Source: Heptranchias perlo (taxonomy: Eukaryota). From it: a DNA stretch of 64,000 nt. Of this stretch, positions 62,265 to 64,000 are shown piece by piece. Position 1 is the first letter of the stretch; each line of letters begins with the position of its first letter. The stretch spans positions 13,020,001 to 13,084,000 of the forward strand of contig NC_090335.1 of the NCBI RefSeq assembly GCF_035084215.1, read 5' to 3'. The notes beneath the pieces were generated by a model. That model saw nothing but the letters and a program-made list of their open reading frames with translations, had not been told where the DNA came from and did not search any database. A program made the translations under genes and the position numbers.

Positions 62265-64000
62265 ATCTGAATGGTGGTGGACAATTAAGCAACTAACGGG
62301 AGGAGGAGGCTCTGTAAACATCCCCATCCTCAATGATGGCGGAGTCCAGCACGTGAGTGCAAAAGACAAGGCTGAAGCGTTTGCAACCATCTTCAGCCAG
62401 AAGTGCCGAGTGGACGATCCATCTCGGCCTTCTCCCAATATCCCCTCCATCACAGAAGCCAGTCTTCAACCAATTCGATTCACTCCACGTGATATCAAGA
62501 AACGGCTGAGTGCACTGGATACAGCAAAGGCTATGGGCCCCGACAACATCCTGGCTGTAGTGCTGAAGACTTGTGCTCCAGAACTAGCTGCGCCTCTAGC
62601 CAAACTGTTCCAGTACAGCTACAACACTGGCATCTACCCAACAATGTGGAAAATTGCCCAGGTATGTCCTGTCCACAAAAAGCAGGACAAATCCAATCGC
62701 CAATTACTGCCCCATCAGTCTACTCTCAATCATCAGCAAAGTGATGGAAGGTGTTGTCGACAGTGCTATCAAGCGGCACTTACTCACCAATAACCTGCTC
62801 ACCGATGCTCAGTCTGGTTCCGCCGGGACCACTCGGCTCCAGACCTCATTGCGGCCTTGGAGCAAACATGGACAAAAAGGCTGAATTCCAGAGGTGAGGT
62901 GAGAGTGACTGCCCTTGACATCAAGGCAGCATTTGACTGAGTGTGGCACCAAGGAGCCCTAGTAAAATTGAAGTCAATGGGAATCAGGGGGAAAACTCTC
63001 CAGTGGCTGGAGTAATACCTAGCACAAAGGAAAATGATAGTGGTTGTTGGAGGCCAATCATCTCAGCCCCAGGACATTGCCGCAGGAGTTCCTCAGGGCA
63101 GTGTTGTAGGCCCAACCATCTTCAGCTGCTTCATCAATGACCTTCCCTCCATCATAAGGTCAGAAATGGGGATGTTCGCTGATGATTGCACAATGTTCAG
63201 CTCCATTCGCAACCCCTCAAATAATGAAGCAGTCTGAGTCCGCATGCAGCAAGACCTGGACAACATCCAGGCTTGGGCTCGTAAGTGGCAAGTAACATTC
63301 GCGCCAGACAAGTGCCACGCAATGACCATCTCCAACAAGAGAGAGTCTAACCACCTCCCCTTGACATTCAACGGCATTACCATCGCTGAATCTCCCACCA
63401 TCAACATCCTGGGGGTCACCATTGACCAGAAACTTAACTGGAGCAGCCATATAAATACTATGGCTACAAGAGCAGGTCAGAGGCTGGATATTCTGTGGCG
63501 AGTGACTCACCTCCTGACTCCCCAAAGCCTTTCCACCATCTATAAGGCACAAGTCAGGGATGTGATGGAATACTCTCCACTTGCCTGGATGAGTGCAGCT
63601 CCAACATCACTCAAGAAGCTTGACACCATCCAGGACAAAGCAGCCCGCTTGATTGGCACCCCATCCACCACCCTAAACATTCACTCCCTTCATCACCGGC
63701 GCACTGTGGCTGCAGTCTGTACCATCCACAGGATACACTACAGCAACTCGCCAAGGCTACTTCGACAGCACCTCCCAAACCCGCAACGTCTACCGCCTCG
63801 AAGGACAAGAGCAGCAGGCACATGGGAACAACACCACCTGCACGTTCCCCTCCAAGTCACACATCATCCCGACTTGGAAATATATTGCCGTTCCTTCATC
63901 GTCGCTGGGTCAAAATCCTGGAAGTCCCTTCCTAACAGCACTGTGGGAGAACCTTCACCACACGGACTACAGCGGTTCAAGAAGGCGGCTCACCACCACC
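62265..64000 (+). mobile_element. CR1-group LINE (family B) RT region, frameshifted, running off the window end
   Basis: KAMGPDNI, WKIAQVCPVHKK, NYCPISLLSIISKVME, ALDIKAAFD, AGVPQGSVVGP, MFADDCT motifs. Confidence 0.9.

Noticed and set aside
28674-64000. LRCH1 exon 2 (expected to begin DLSKNR-like LRR)
   Set aside because: No such peptide in the ORF track or seen by eye; it probably lies beyond the window, though a short exon could have been missed.

Overview
Eukaryotic, repeat-dominated DNA, most likely from a cartilaginous fish (shark-type CR1 LINEs, Deu-domain SINEs, Harbinger and Penelope elements; the taxon is inferred from repeat content only). The only host coding sequence I recognise is coding exon 1 of an LRCH-family gene, best matching LRCH1 (28469-28673, + strand). 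It lies in a CpG island largely built from a GC-rich minisatellite, and the remaining ~35 kb appears to be its intron 1 (no exon 2 seen). The rest is transposon debris: two CR1-group LINE families, L2 ends, SINEs, two decayed Harbinger transposons, MITEs and about ten tandem arrays. The most notable structures are: (i) Penelope-like element (PLE) termini carrying minimal hammerhead ribozymes, including a 176-bp TATA-Inr-ribozyme-polyA cassette with a TSD and a perfect 86-bp-arm palindrome; (ii) a 3.5-kb minisatellite at the start of the intron that repeats a consensus 5' splice-site motif about 100 times on the sense strand; (iii) a minisatellite split by a CR1 insertion into two separately homogenised arrays. 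I found no clearly new multi-gene system. PLE hammerheads are a known class, and the repeat-based regulatory ideas are hypotheses. Boundaries of degraded repeats are approximate.
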